Positions 17,728 to 26,844 of a stretch of DNA of 64,000 nt are shown here, one piece after another. Numbering within the stretch: position 1 is the stretch's first letter; every line of letters begins with the position of its first letter. Both the position numbers and the translations under genes were made by a program. The notes beneath the pieces were generated by a model. It searched no databases, was not told the DNA's origin, and worked only from the letters and a program-made list of their open reading frames with translations. Origin of the DNA: an uncultured Nitrospirales bacterium (GTDB lineage: Bacteria; Nitrospirota; Nitrospiria; Nitrospirales; NS-4); the NCBI GenBank assembly GCA_964472655.1, contig CAYYLQ010000004.1, positions 1,912 through 65,911 on the forward strand. Direction: 5' to 3'.

Positions 17728-20592
17728 CTAATGTCCTCCCTTGTTGGTCATCAGGTCATCCAGTAACGAGTAGAATTGAGTCACGTCGATCGGTTTGGTC
17801 ATGTATCTCTGCGCGCCGGCAGCCAGCAGCTTGTCAACCTGTTTCTGCATGGCATCGGCGCTGAGCATGACGACCGGGATCGTCGCCGTTTCCGGCCGTT
17901 CACGGAGGCGCAACAGGACCTCGTCTCCCTGAATGTCCGGGAGGTTCAGGTCCAGCAGGATCAGGTCGGGCCGGTGCGCGATCGCAAGCTCTACCCCCAG
18001 TTGCCCCTGCATCGCGCCGATCAGTTTGATGCCTGGTCGTTTCTCAACTAGCTCCTCGACGAGACGGTAGTTGGCCTGATTGTCCTCGATGTACAACACG
18101 GTCACGGCTTTACCGGACAGCGGGGCAGAGATCTCGACCTTGCGGGAGGGCACCGACTCGGCACGGCCCGCGGGAGGTCCCGTCAGTGGAAGATCCAGGG
18201 CGAATGAAGTACCCCGGCCCACTTCACTCTCCACGGAGAGCGTGCCGCCCATCGCCATCATCAAGTTTCGACTTAAAACTAATCCCAATCCTGTGCCCTC
18301 AATGCGGGAATCTGCTCCGAGCCGGTCAAACGGAGTGAACAGCCGCGACAACAGGGCGGGTGGAATCCCGCCTCCCGTATCGGTGACGGTGATCCGGTAT
18401 TGCCTCTCAGAAGTCGCCTCACAGGAGACCGTCAAAGTGCCGCCTTCCCGGTTGTATTTGACCCCGTTCGACAAAAGGTTCAGCACCACCTGCTTCAAGC
18501 GCTGCTGCTCGGCCAGTACATAGACGGGTTTCCCCTCTGCGGATGGCGTCACGAGTTGAATGTGCCGCGAGGCCGCCTGAGGGCGGACCAAATCCACCGC
18601 CTCGCCGATGACAGTGGTAGCCAGGACCGGCTCAATGGAGAGTGTCATACGGCCGGCCTCGATGCGGGTGATGTCCAGCACCTCATTGATGAGGGCCAGC
18701 AGGTGCCGCCCTCCTTTAAGGATGTGCTGCACACGCTGTTGCTGTTTGGCGGTCAGGGTCTCCATCTCCAGCATCTGGGCGAACCCCAGCACGGCATTCA
18801 GCGGCGTCCGCAGCTCATGGCTCATCCGCGAGAGAAATTCGCTCTTGGCCTGGTTCGCGCGTTCAGCCGAAAGCTTGGCGAGAGAGGACTCTTGGAGCTG
18901 TTTCCGTTCGGTGATGTCACGGCCGATTTTCGAGATGCCGATGATCTTTCCGGATGCATCCCTGACCGGCGAGGCTGTCACGGAAACGTCCACCAGCGTT
19001 CCGTCCTTGCGCCGCCGGACGGTTTCATAGTTTTCGATCCGTTCGCCTCGTGCGACCCGCGGCAGAATCTCCGCTTCCTCGTTCTCGCGATCGGGAGTTA
19101 AGAGCATATGGTTCGTGTGTCCGATGGCTTCGGCGGCGGTGTAGCCGAACAGCCGCTCGGCCCCTGCATTCCAACTGGTAAATACGCCGTTCAGGTCCAC
19201 GGCGGTGATTGCGTCGTCGGAGGATTCGACGATGCCCGCCAGTCGTGAGAGCGACACCTCCGCCTGCTTGCGCTCGGTGATGTCGAACGCGAATCCGCCT
19301 ACGAACCTTTCTCCCGAAGAATCCCGAACTGGGAATTTGACGATCAAAAAATAGTGGACCCGGCCTTCTGCATCCGGCACGGTTTCCACGGTTTCCAGTG
19401 TTTGCCGCGTGGCCAAAACCTTTTGATCGTTAGCGCGAAGTTCTCGGGCGGCAACTGCAGGCATAAAGTCGGTATCGTGTTTGCCTACTGTCGATTGCTT
19501 GAAGAAGGTTCGGTGGGCCTTATTCGTGTAGGAATATTGTCCTGCTGCATTCTTCATCCAGGCCAATGCGGGACAGTTGTCCATGAAGGCCTGAAACAGT
19601 TCTTCCCTCTCTTTCAGAGCGGTTTCAGCCCGCTTGCGTTCGGCGATGTCGATGCCCATGCCGATCACGCAATGGGTGCCTTTGATCTGTGTTGCAACGC
19701 CGGTGAAGTAATAGGGGGTGCGGGTGCCATCCTTGGCGACGAAGTCTGCTTCAACGTCCGACACACCCTTCTGAAAAACCTCCCCGATTCTTGCTGCCAC
19801 CAACTCCTTGTCCGGACCGGCAAAGAAATCGAGCGGATGCATGCGGGCGATTTCGTCGCCGGTGTAGCCTGTGACCCGTTCGAAATTCTTGTTCCATTTG
19901 AGAAATCGTCCGCTCTCGTCGTATAAATAGACGACGCCCGGCAGGCTCTTGATAAGGGCGTCGGAGAAGGTGCGTTCCTGCCGGACCATTTCCTCTGCCT
20001 GTTTCTGCTGGGAGATGTCGCGCACGAAGGCATTGAAATGCCAGGTGTCGCCGACCCGGGTCGGCCAGACCGTGAGCTCCACGGACAGCTCGCGGCCGCT
20101 CTTGTGCAGGGCGGTCAGCTCGAGGCGCCGGTTGTCGAAGACCTGCTCGCGCCCAGCGGTCGGAAACCGGGCCAGGCCGCGCGCGTGCGCCTCCCGATAT
20201 TGGGGCGGAATGATCGTCTCGGCCAGCAACCGGCCGATGGCTTCCTCGCGGGACCATCCGAACGTCGCCTCCGCCTGACGGTTCCAATCGAGGATCACGC
20301 CCTTGGCGTCGATGGTGATGAAGGCATCGTGGGCCGTGTCGAGGATGGTGCGCATATGTTGCTCGCTGGCCTTCAACTCTGCTGTCCGGCCCTCGATGCG
20401 CTGCTCCAATTCGTCCTGGACCGGCGCCTTTCGCGCACGTCTCGGCTGTGATCGTTTGCGGTTTGTCGTCACGGAGCGTTTTCGTGGTGCGGTTTTGGCC
20501 ATACGGGACTGACGATAAGCCAGCGCCTCCTCTTTGTCAAAGGGTGGGCTGCGGCGAATTTTCCCTTTGAAAGCAATCACCGCGTCTGTCAA
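17728..20592 (-). CDS. hybrid sensor histidine kinase (about 4 PAS domains, HisKA, HATPase_c, C-terminal receiver)
   Basis: Repeated PAS-like blocks. H-box SHELRTPLN. G-boxes. Receiver LILLDLNLPDIQG...KP. The ORF-track start is TTG 20592; ATG at 20502 (MAKTAPRK) is an alternative. Confidence 0.85.
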   Translation of the reverse strand: MTDAVIAFKGKIRRSPPFDKEEALAYRQSRMAKTAPRKRSVTTNRKRSQPRRARKAPVQDELEQRIEGRTAELKASEQHMRTILDTAHDAFITIDAKGVILDWNRQAEATFGWSREEAIGRLLAETIIPPQYREAHARGLARFPTAGREQVFDNRRLELTALHKSGRELSVELTVWPTRVGDTWHFNAFVRDISQQKQAEEMVRQERTFSDALIKSLPGVVYLYDESGRFLKWNKNFERVTGYTGDEIARMHPLDFFAGPDKELVAARIGEVFQKGVSDVEADFVAKDGTRTPYYFTGVATQIKGTHCVIGMGIDIAERKRAETALKEREELFQAFMDNCPALAWMKNAAGQYSYTNKAHRTFFKQSTVGKHDTDFMPAVAARELRANDQKVLATRQTLETVETVPDAEGRVHYFLIVKFPVRDSSGERFVGGFAFDITERKQAEVSLSRLAGIVESSDDAITAVDLNGVFTSWNAGAERLFGYTAAEAIGHTNHMLLTPDRENEEAEILPRVARGERIENYETVRRRKDGTLVDVSVTASPVRDASGKIIGISKIGRDITERKQLQESSLAKLSAERANQAKSEFLSRMSHELRTPLNAVLGFAQMLEMETLTAKQQQRVQHILKGGRHLLALINEVLDITRIEAGRMTLSIEPVLATTVIGEAVDLVRPQAASRHIQLVTPSAEGKPVYVLAEQQRLKQVVLNLLSNGVKYNREGGTLTVSCEATSERQYRITVTDTGGGIPPALLSRLFTPFDRLGADSRIEGTGLGLVLSRNLMMAMGGTLSVESEVGRGTSFALDLPLTGPPAGRAESVPSRKVEISAPLSGKAVTVLYIEDNQANYRLVEELVEKRPGIKLIGAMQGQLGVELAIAHRPDLILLDLNLPDIQGDEVLLRLRERPETATIPVVMLSADAMQKQVDKLLAAGAQRYMTKPIDVTQFYSLLDDLMTNKGGH

Positions 20593-20593
20593 T

Positions 20594-20610
20594 ATCCCGT
20601 TGGGGACACC
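20594..20610 (+). repeat. direct repeat of the tRNA-Glu(UUC) 3' end (att-like, copy A)
   Basis: ATCCCGTTGGGGACACC is identical to 17291..17307. Confidence 0.7.
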
Positions 20611-20714
20611 CCCTTTGGAGCCATATGGCTTGCTATTAGGCAGCCTGATCGATTAGTTTCTTTAAGGATTCTATCTGTCTCAACCAGGCGATAACGTGGT
20701 TCCAATCCGAACTG

Positions 20715-20732
20715 GTTTGGGACACCATACAT
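20715..20732 (+). repeat. degenerate direct repeat of the tRNA-Glu(UUC) 3' end plus flank (att-like, copy B)
   Basis: GTTTGGGACACCATACAT versus tRNA GTTGGGGACACCACACAT (17296..17313), 16/18 identical. Preceded by TCCAATCCG, which resembles the T-loop TTCAAATCCCG. Confidence 0.55.
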
Positions 20733-20761
20733 CCTATCTCGGCCCGCAGGACTCATGGTCT

Positions 20762-22048
20762 ATGGACACGAAGCGCCACATAGCGGTCGTGGGTCTCGGC
20801 TACGTGGGCCTGCCGGTCGCGGCGGCCTTCGGCAAGCTCGGGCCGGTCATCGGCTTTGACGTCAACAAGGCCAAGATCGAGGACCTGCGCCGCGGAGAAG
20901 ACCGGACCGGCGAGGTCTCGAAGGAAGACCTCCGGAACGCACAGATCACCTTCACCGACGATCCCTCGTCGCTCAAAACCGCCGACTTCATCATCGTGGC
21001 GGTCCCGACTCCGATCGATGCCGCCCTGCAGCCGGACCTGACCGCGCTGATGCGCGCGTCCGAGCTCGTCGGCACCCACCTGAAGGTCGGGACGATCGTC
21101 GTCTATGAATCGACGGTCTATCCGGGCGCGACCGAAGAGGTCTGCGGGCCCATCCTGGAGCGCTGTTCCGGCCTGCGCTGCGGGAAGGATTTCAAGCTGG
21201 GCTATTCCCCCGAGCGGATCAACCCCGGCGACAAGGAACATAACTTGGAGAAGATCGTGAAGGTCGTCGCGGGGATGGATGCGGACACGCTCGAGGCGGT
21301 GGCGCAGACCTATGCCCAGGTCGTGAAGGCCGGCGTGCATCGGGCCCCCAGCATCAAGGTGGCCGAGGCGGCCAAGGTGATCGAGAACACGCAACGGGAC
21401 TTGAACGTCGCCCTGATGAACGAGCTGGCCATCATCTTCCATCGGCTGGGCATCAACACCAATGCCGTGCTGGAGGCCGCCGGGACCAAGTGGAACTTTC
21501 TGCGCTTCACGCCGGGGCTGGTCGGCGGCCATTGCATCGGCGTGGACCCCTATTACCTGACCACGAAGGCCGAATCGGTGGGGTATCACCCGCAGGTCAT
21601 CCTGGCGGGGCGGCGGATCAATAACGGCATGGGCGTCTATGTGGCGGAGCAGACCGTCAAGTCCCTGAGCCGGACCGGCAAGTCCGCCGCCGGCGCACGG
21701 GTCGCCGTCCTAGGCCTGACCTTCAAGGAAGACGTGCCGGACGCGCGGAACAGCCGGGTGCCCGACATCGTCACGGAGTTGCGGCAGTACGGCGTGGAGG
21801 TGGTCGTCCACGATCCGCTGGTGCAATCCGCCGAGGCCGAACATGAGTACGGGATCAGCCTGGCCGCCTGGGACTCCCTGAAGGATTTCGACGGGATCGT
21901 GCTCGCCGTCCCGCATCGCGCCTACCGGGAGATGGGGCAGGCCGCCCTGCTGCGCCTCCTGAAGGGCGGCGGCGGCGTCGTGATGGATGTGAAGGGCCTG
22001 CTCGATCCCCGGTCGTTGCCGCCGGCCGTCTCATACTGGCGCCTCTGA
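20762..22048 (+). CDS. nucleotide-sugar dehydrogenase (UDP-glucose/GDP-mannose dehydrogenase family, TviB/WbpO-like)
   Basis: VVGLGYVGLPVA Rossmann motif, catalytic GGHCIGVDP. 428 aa from the internal ATG. Confidence 0.9.
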   Translation: MDTKRHIAVVGLGYVGLPVAAAFGKLGPVIGFDVNKAKIEDLRRGEDRTGEVSKEDLRNAQITFTDDPSSLKTADFIIVAVPTPIDAALQPDLTALMRASELVGTHLKVGTIVVYESTVYPGATEEVCGPILERCSGLRCGKDFKLGYSPERINPGDKEHNLEKIVKVVAGMDADTLEAVAQTYAQVVKAGVHRAPSIKVAEAAKVIENTQRDLNVALMNELAIIFHRLGINTNAVLEAAGTKWNFLRFTPGLVGGHCIGVDPYYLTTKAESVGYHPQVILAGRRINNGMGVYVAEQTVKSLSRTGKSAAGARVAVLGLTFKEDVPDARNSRVPDIVTELRQYGVEVVVHDPLVQSAEAEHEYGISLAAWDSLKDFDGIVLAVPHRAYREMGQAALLRLLKGGGGVVMDVKGLLDPRSLPPAVSYWRL

Positions 22049-22093
22049 GCGCCGGTCGTTCCTTTCCACGATCTTTCACCAATTGAGGACTGC

Positions 22094-23776
22094 ATGAGCG
22101 TCAACGACAAGCAGGTCATCTTCTCGCTGATCGGGGTGGGGCGGGTCCATCCGCCCAAGAAGCAGGTGCTGAAGGACATCTATCTCTCGTTCTACTACGG
22201 GGCCAAGATCGGCGTCCTCGGCCTGAACGGATCGGGCAAGAGCACGCTGCTGCGCATCATCGGCGGCGTGGACAAGGACTATCTCGGCGAGATCACGATG
22301 TCGAAGGGCTACTCGGTCGGGCTCTTGGAGCAGGAGCCGCAGCTCGACAAGAAGAAGACGGTCCGGGAGATCGTTGAAGAGGGACGGAAGGACGTCGTCG
22401 CCGTCCTGAAGGAGTACGAGACCGTCAGCGCCAGGCTGGGCGAGAATCTCGCGTCGGACGAGATGGAGAAGCTGATCGACAAGCAGGCGCAGCTGCAGGA
22501 GAAGATCGAGGCGGTCAACGGCTGGGAGCTCGAGAACCAGCTCGACGTGGCGATGGACGCCCTGCGGTGCCCGCCGCCGGACGCGAAGATCGAGGTGCTC
22601 TCGGGCGGCGAGAAGCGGCGCGTGGCCCTGTGCCGGCTGCTGATCCAGGAGCCCGACATCCTCCTGCTGGACGAGCCGACCAACCATCTGGACGCGGAAT
22701 CGGTCCAGTGGCTGGAGCAGCATCTCCAGCAGTATAAGGGCACGGTCATCGCCGTGACCCACGACCGCTACTTCCTCGACAACGTGGCGCGCTGGATCCT
22801 GGAACTGGACCGGGGGCAGGGCATCCCGTTCGAGGGCAACTATACCTCGTGGCTGGAACAGAAGCAGGCACGCCTGGCCAAGGAGGAGAAGTCCGAATCC
22901 CAGCGCCGGAAGACGCTGGAGCGCGAGCTGGAATGGATCCGCATGTCGCCCAAGGGCCGGCACGCCAAGGGCCGGGCCCGCATCGCACGCTATGAAGACC
23001 TGCTCGGCGACGAGCAGGAGAAACGCGCAGAGGATTTGGAAATCTACATCCCGCCGGGGCCGCGGCTAGGCGACATCGTCGTGGACGCCAAGGACCTCGT
23101 CAAGGCATATGGCGACAAGGTGCTCTTCGAGGGTCTCGGCTTCAGCCTGCCGCGCGGCGGCATCGTCGGGGTGATCGGGCCCAACGGCGCGGGGAAGACG
23201 ACGCTGTTCCGGATGATCATCGGGAAAGAGAAGCCGGACAAGGGGTCCATCAAGGTGGGCGAAACGGTCACGATCGGCTACGTCGACCAAGACCGCACGC
23301 TCGACGACAAGAAGACGGTCTGGGAGGTCCTCTCGGACGGGCAGGACAAGATCAAGTTGGGGAAGATCGAGGTCAACTCGCGGGCCTATTGCGGGCGGTT
23401 CAACTTCGGCGGCACGGAGCAGCAGAAGAAGGTCAAGGACCTCTCGGGCGGGGAACGCAACAGGCTGCATCTCGCGCGCATGCTCCGGGAGGGGGCGAAC
23501 CTTGTCCTGCTGGACGAGCCGACCAACGATCTCGACGTGAACACGCTGCGGGCGCTGGAGGAGGGGCTTGAACGGTTCGGCGGCTGCTGCATGGTGAGCA
23601 GCCACGACCGGTGGTTCCTCGACCGGATCGCGACGCACATCCTGGCGTTCGAAGGGGACAGCCAGGTGGTCTGGTTCGAGGGGAACTACAGCGAGTACGA
23701 GGCGGACCGGAAGAAACGGTTAGGGAAAGAGGCGGAGCGTCCGCACCGCATCCGCTACAAGAAGCTCACGCGGTAG
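22094..23776 (+). CDS. ettA: energy-dependent translational throttle protein EttA (ABC-F)
   Basis: 560 aa. N-terminus ...[47 protein letters not shown] and a second cassette GPNGAGKTT. EttA-like length and arm. Confidence 0.9.
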   Translation: MSVNDKQVIFSLIGVGRVHPPKKQVLKDIYLSFYYGAKIGVLGLNGSGKSTLLRIIGGVDKDYLGEITMSKGYSVGLLEQEPQLDKKKTVREIVEEGRKDVVAVLKEYETVSARLGENLASDEMEKLIDKQAQLQEKIEAVNGWELENQLDVAMDALRCPPPDAKIEVLSGGEKRRVALCRLLIQEPDILLLDEPTNHLDAESVQWLEQHLQQYKGTVIAVTHDRYFLDNVARWILELDRGQGIPFEGNYTSWLEQKQARLAKEEKSESQRRKTLERELEWIRMSPKGRHAKGRARIARYEDLLGDEQEKRAEDLEIYIPPGPRLGDIVVDAKDLVKAYGDKVLFEGLGFSLPRGGIVGVIGPNGAGKTTLFRMIIGKEKPDKGSIKVGETVTIGYVDQDRTLDDKKTVWEVLSDGQDKIKLGKIEVNSRAYCGRFNFGGTEQQKKVKDLSGGERNRLHLARMLREGANLVLLDEPTNDLDVNTLRALEEGLERFGGCCMVSSHDRWFLDRIATHILAFEGDSQVVWFEGNYSEYEADRKKRLGKEAERPHRIRYKKLTR

Positions 23777-23901
23777 TTGCTACGGCAAGGGCCAGGGGAA
23801 CCTCCTGCTCCGCGTTCCCGCGCCTCGGAAGTCGCTCGAACCAGCGGCGCATTTGAGGCTCACCCCGGCCCTTGCCCTTTCAGACGCGCTCCATCATCAT
23901 C

Positions 23902-23930
23902 TGGCTTTCGAGGTGATGCTTCGCTAGACT
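23902..23930 (+). promoter_or_regulatory. candidate promoter of tRNA-Leu
   Basis: TGGCTT-N17-TAGACT. The -10 ends 12 nt before the tRNA 5' end. Confidence 0.3.
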
Positions 23931-23942
23931 GGGGGCGTTTGG

Positions 23943-24031
23943 GCCGGGGTGGCGGAATTGGCAGACGCCCGGGACTTAAAATCCCGTGGCCCGAAAGGGC
24001 CGTGCGGGTTCGATCCCCGCCCCCGGTACCA
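23943..24031 (+). tRNA. tRNA-Leu (anticodon UAA)
   Basis: GCCGGGGTGGCGGAATTGGCAGAC..., anticodon loop CTTAAAA, long variable arm, GGGTTCGATCCCCGC T-arm, CCA encoded. 89 nt. Confidence 0.9.
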
Positions 24032-24051
24032 AAGGAAAGCGAGAGCCGGCG

Positions 24052-24432
24052 ATGTCGTCAGCAGGCAGGCATGTCGGGCCGTTAGGCAAAGAACGACGGG
24101 TGTTGCCCCGCTACCAGCTCATGCCGCAGGTGGACGTCATCGCGGAAGACGGGCACGAAACCTATTGGGGCGTGCTCAAGGATCTCAGCCGGACCGGGGT
24201 TGCGATCAGCCTCCAGCAGGCGCTGCACTCGAACCAGAAAGTCACCGTGCGGTTTCGCCTGCAAAGCGACGACGGCAGAGCCGTCCTTGAGGAACTGGAT
24301 ACCACGGTGGCCTGGAAGAGCGGACACAACGCGGGTCTGGAATTCATCAAGCCGCTGATCCCGGGCTCGTCTTTTCTCAAAAAGGCGCCTCTCTTGGCCG
24401 CGCACCTCGAAAAGATAAAATCCGGGCGGTAG
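24052..24432 (+). CDS. PilZ domain protein (putative c-di-GMP receptor)
   Basis: RRVLPRY and DLSRTGVAI motifs (RxxxR / DxSxxG). I chose the ATG at 24052 because the longer ORF overlaps tRNA-Leu. Confidence 0.7.
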   Translation: MSSAGRHVGPLGKERRVLPRYQLMPQVDVIAEDGHETYWGVLKDLSRTGVAISLQQALHSNQKVTVRFRLQSDDGRAVLEELDTTVAWKSGHNAGLEFIKPLIPGSSFLKKAPLLAAHLEKIKSGR

Positions 24433-24441
24433 CGGCCGAGG

Positions 24442-24522
24442 TCAGCGTTTCGAGAGGATCAGGCCCACTTGAATCGCCAGCGCGAGCCGTTCGAGGTCGA
24501 ACGGCTTGGGCATGAGCTCCAC
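24442..24522 (-). pseudogene. orphan C-terminal fragment of a receiver domain
   Basis: Minus strand reads (TAA) VELMPKPFDLERLALAIQVGLILSKR*. This looks like the KPF/alpha-5 end of a response regulator with no upstream body. Confidence 0.3.
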
Positions 24523-24685
24523 TTATCCCGCAGAAACCGAGCGAGGCGTCCCTGCATGGCTGCCATGGACTCATGGAATATCCATGCCAGATTAGGAGAT
24601 GGCGATACGGCGGGAGTGCAGTATAGACGAATGTGTCCTCGATACTATCAGTATCAGGACTACGTGAAAGCTTGTACGCGTGTAG

Positions 24686-25870
24686 TTATTTCACAGAGGG
24701 CCGGGTCATCCGCTGTGGGATCAGCAGGCAGCCCAACCCTTTTAACCCTTCCCACAGCACTGAACCGACTCGGCGGACATAGGAAAAGGGCAGCTGCCGC
24801 CGTGCGGTCAGCCCGTAGCGGAGGCGCATGAATTCGGACGAAGGAACGAGCAACGCAGAAAGATAACGCAATTTCGAACGCATCCCCTTGAGCGCGAAGA
24901 ACAGGGCCAATTCCTCACGTGCGGTTGCGCTCGATGCCCTCGCAAGCGACCGAATGATCCGTGCCGACAGTGAACCGGAGGTCGGCCGGACACGGAGTTG
25001 TACAAACACCTGCGCAGGGATCGGGGAACCGAAGAAGCGCCGCAGCCTCTCCAAAACTTCAATCAACGACGATTCCTGTTCCGCCTGCAGGGCGACCGTC
25101 ACGATCCAAGACCAGTCGAGCCGTGTTTCGTCGCGCCGGATCAGGCGGTCGAGCTCGTAGAACCAGAGGAGCGGCGCTTGCTCACCATGATGGAGCGCAT
25201 GGAAGCAGAGGTGCAGGAGCAGGTCTTCTCGGCCCAGAGACCATGTCTCGATGCCGAGGAACCGCCTCTTGACGCACCGGCTCCAGACGGCGTCCATATC
25301 CACGCTGTCTGCAAAGGGGGGATAGGTAATCGTCCAATGGGGTTCCACGACGATCCAGCCATGCCGGTTTTTGAGGAATCCGAGGGTGTACGAATAGACC
25401 TGGGCAAATCCGGGGCGGTGGTTCAGTTCCCGAAATCCTAACTCGCCCAGCGTGTCCGCGACCCTCGGCAGGTCCTTCTTACGCACCAGAAGATCGATGT
25501 CGCCGGTTGGACGGGCCGTGATGTCGCCGTAGAGCAGCTCCGCGAGGGCCAACCCTCGGATGGGGGCGCAGGCAATCCCGGCGCTCTCGAACGCCCGCAG
25601 CACGGAAGCAAGTTCTTCCGCCAGCAGGAGATTATGCGCTGACGTGCGCACGGTGCTCGCTTTCAGCTGTTCCAGCAGGGCTGTGGAAGGGCGATGGTTT
25701 GGATGGGACTCATTGAACCACCGATAGAGAAGGTGAGTCAGTCCTTGTTGGTCCGCCTCCCTGATGATCTGTTCCCATGCCCGGTCATCTTGGGATTGGG
25801 GAGCGCAGCCTTCGACACCTGTGCTCAGAAGGATGGACATGAGAAAGGGATGTACAGGGGGCGAGGTCAT
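24686..25870 (-). CDS. nucleotidyltransferase family protein (NTP_transf_5-like), lasso-cluster associated
   Basis: 394 aa. GDIDLLV nucleotidyltransferase motif. Its ATG overlaps the kinase stop (ATGA). Confidence 0.7.
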   Translation of the reverse strand: MTSPPVHPFLMSILLSTGVEGCAPQSQDDRAWEQIIREADQQGLTHLLYRWFNESHPNHRPSTALLEQLKASTVRTSAHNLLLAEELASVLRAFESAGIACAPIRGLALAELLYGDITARPTGDIDLLVRKKDLPRVADTLGELGFRELNHRPGFAQVYSYTLGFLKNRHGWIVVEPHWTITYPPFADSVDMDAVWSRCVKRRFLGIETWSLGREDLLLHLCFHALHHGEQAPLLWFYELDRLIRRDETRLDWSWIVTVALQAEQESSLIEVLERLRRFFGSPIPAQVFVQLRVRPTSGSLSARIIRSLARASSATAREELALFFALKGMRSKLRYLSALLVPSSEFMRLRYGLTARRQLPFSYVRRVGSVLWEGLKGLGCLLIPQRMTRPSVK

Positions 25871-26844
25871 AGGTTCGAGTCGGACTTGATTGCCGTAACG
25901 ACTTCCGGAAGGAACGCAAGATCATGCGGATACGACAAGGACTTGACGGGGATGTTCGCAGTCAGCCGGGAGGTCCACTTGAATTGACGCGCGAGCCGGG
26001 CCCTTTCCACGATCACGGGGTTGAACGTATTGGCGATCAGCGCGAGACATGCCCGGCGGTGAGGCAAGGTTCTGATCGTCACGCGTTGTGCGCGGGTTCG
26101 GCTGCGCGGCGGTCTCAGCACGTAGATGGCTCGTAACGGCGCTTCCGCGCGTGAGGAAAGAGGATGGGGCAGGGGAATCACCAGCTTGGGGGTTTCGGGA
26201 TTCATGGGGGTCCCGGCAGCCAGGTGCCCAAGGAGCGCATTTGCGATCTCTGGAAACAGCTTGATGCGGGGAGGGCCAGGTTGGGCGGCGAAAAGACCGC
26301 CGTCCTCTTTGACCACCAGCAAGTCGTCGGTCAAAAGGGAGTGCCCTGCTTGGAGAAAAGCGGCGCCCAGGCTCGATTTGCCGTAGCCGCAGTCCCCCAG
26401 GAACGCCGCCGCTTGTCCGTTCACCTCGACGACCGTCGCATGCAGGGGTTCGATCCCTTGCTTGACCAGAGCAAAGGAGAGGACCTGGCCCAGGAGATAG
26501 GTTTGAAAAGTCTCTTGCGAGGCTCCGTTGAGGGCGCGGCAGGCAATCTGTCGGCCTTCGGCGGAGACCAGGAACTCGAAGAGCCCGGTCCAGCGAAGAT
26601 AGTCCGATCCGTCCGCAAGCCGATCATAGTGGAACCAGGTTGCCGCATCCGGTCCGCTCCCGGCTTTCTTGGAAGCGTCGGAAAAAAGCGAAGGGGGGCC
26701 CTCGAAGCATTCAACGTCGGTCGGGCCGGATTCCTCGAGGTCTTGGCAGGGAAACGGCCAATGGCTCCTGAAACGGAAGCCGTAAAGCCGGTAGGTGCGG
26801 AGAGATCGCCGCCCGCCCGCTGGAATAGCGACTGTCTCAATCAT
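25867..26844 (-). CDS. HPr kinase/phosphorylase-like kinase (lasso-peptide kinase candidate)
   Basis: 325 aa. P-loop GDCGYGKSSLG followed by LLTDDLLVV. Its ATG overlaps the precursor stop (TAATG). Confidence 0.75.
   Translation of the reverse strand: MIETVAIPAGGRRSLRTYRLYGFRFRSHWPFPCQDLEESGPTDVECFEGPPSLFSDASKKAGSGPDAATWFHYDRLADGSDYLRWTGLFEFLVSAEGRQIACRALNGASQETFQTYLLGQVLSFALVKQGIEPLHATVVEVNGQAAAFLGDCGYGKSSLGAAFLQAGHSLLTDDLLVVKEDGGLFAAQPGPPRIKLFPEIANALLGHLAAGTPMNPETPKLVIPLPHPLSSRAEAPLRAIYVLRPPRSRTRAQRVTIRTLPHRRACLALIANTFNPVIVERARLARQFKWTSRLTANIPVKSLSYPHDLAFLPEVVTAIKSDSNL

Larger units (their letters stand above)
17309..20610. mobile_element. integrated cassette remnant at tRNA-Glu (two-component genes bounded by a copy of the tRNA 3' end)
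   Basis: 17-nt exact repeat of the tRNA 3' end at 20594..20610. A second degenerate copy at 20715..20732. No integrase present. Confidence 0.45.

Noticed and set aside
24641-24655. Palindrome GATACT-ATC-AGTATC lies downstream of the last lasso-operon gene.
   Set aside because: The stem is short and A+T-rich with no U-tract. I cannot distinguish a terminator, an operator or chance.
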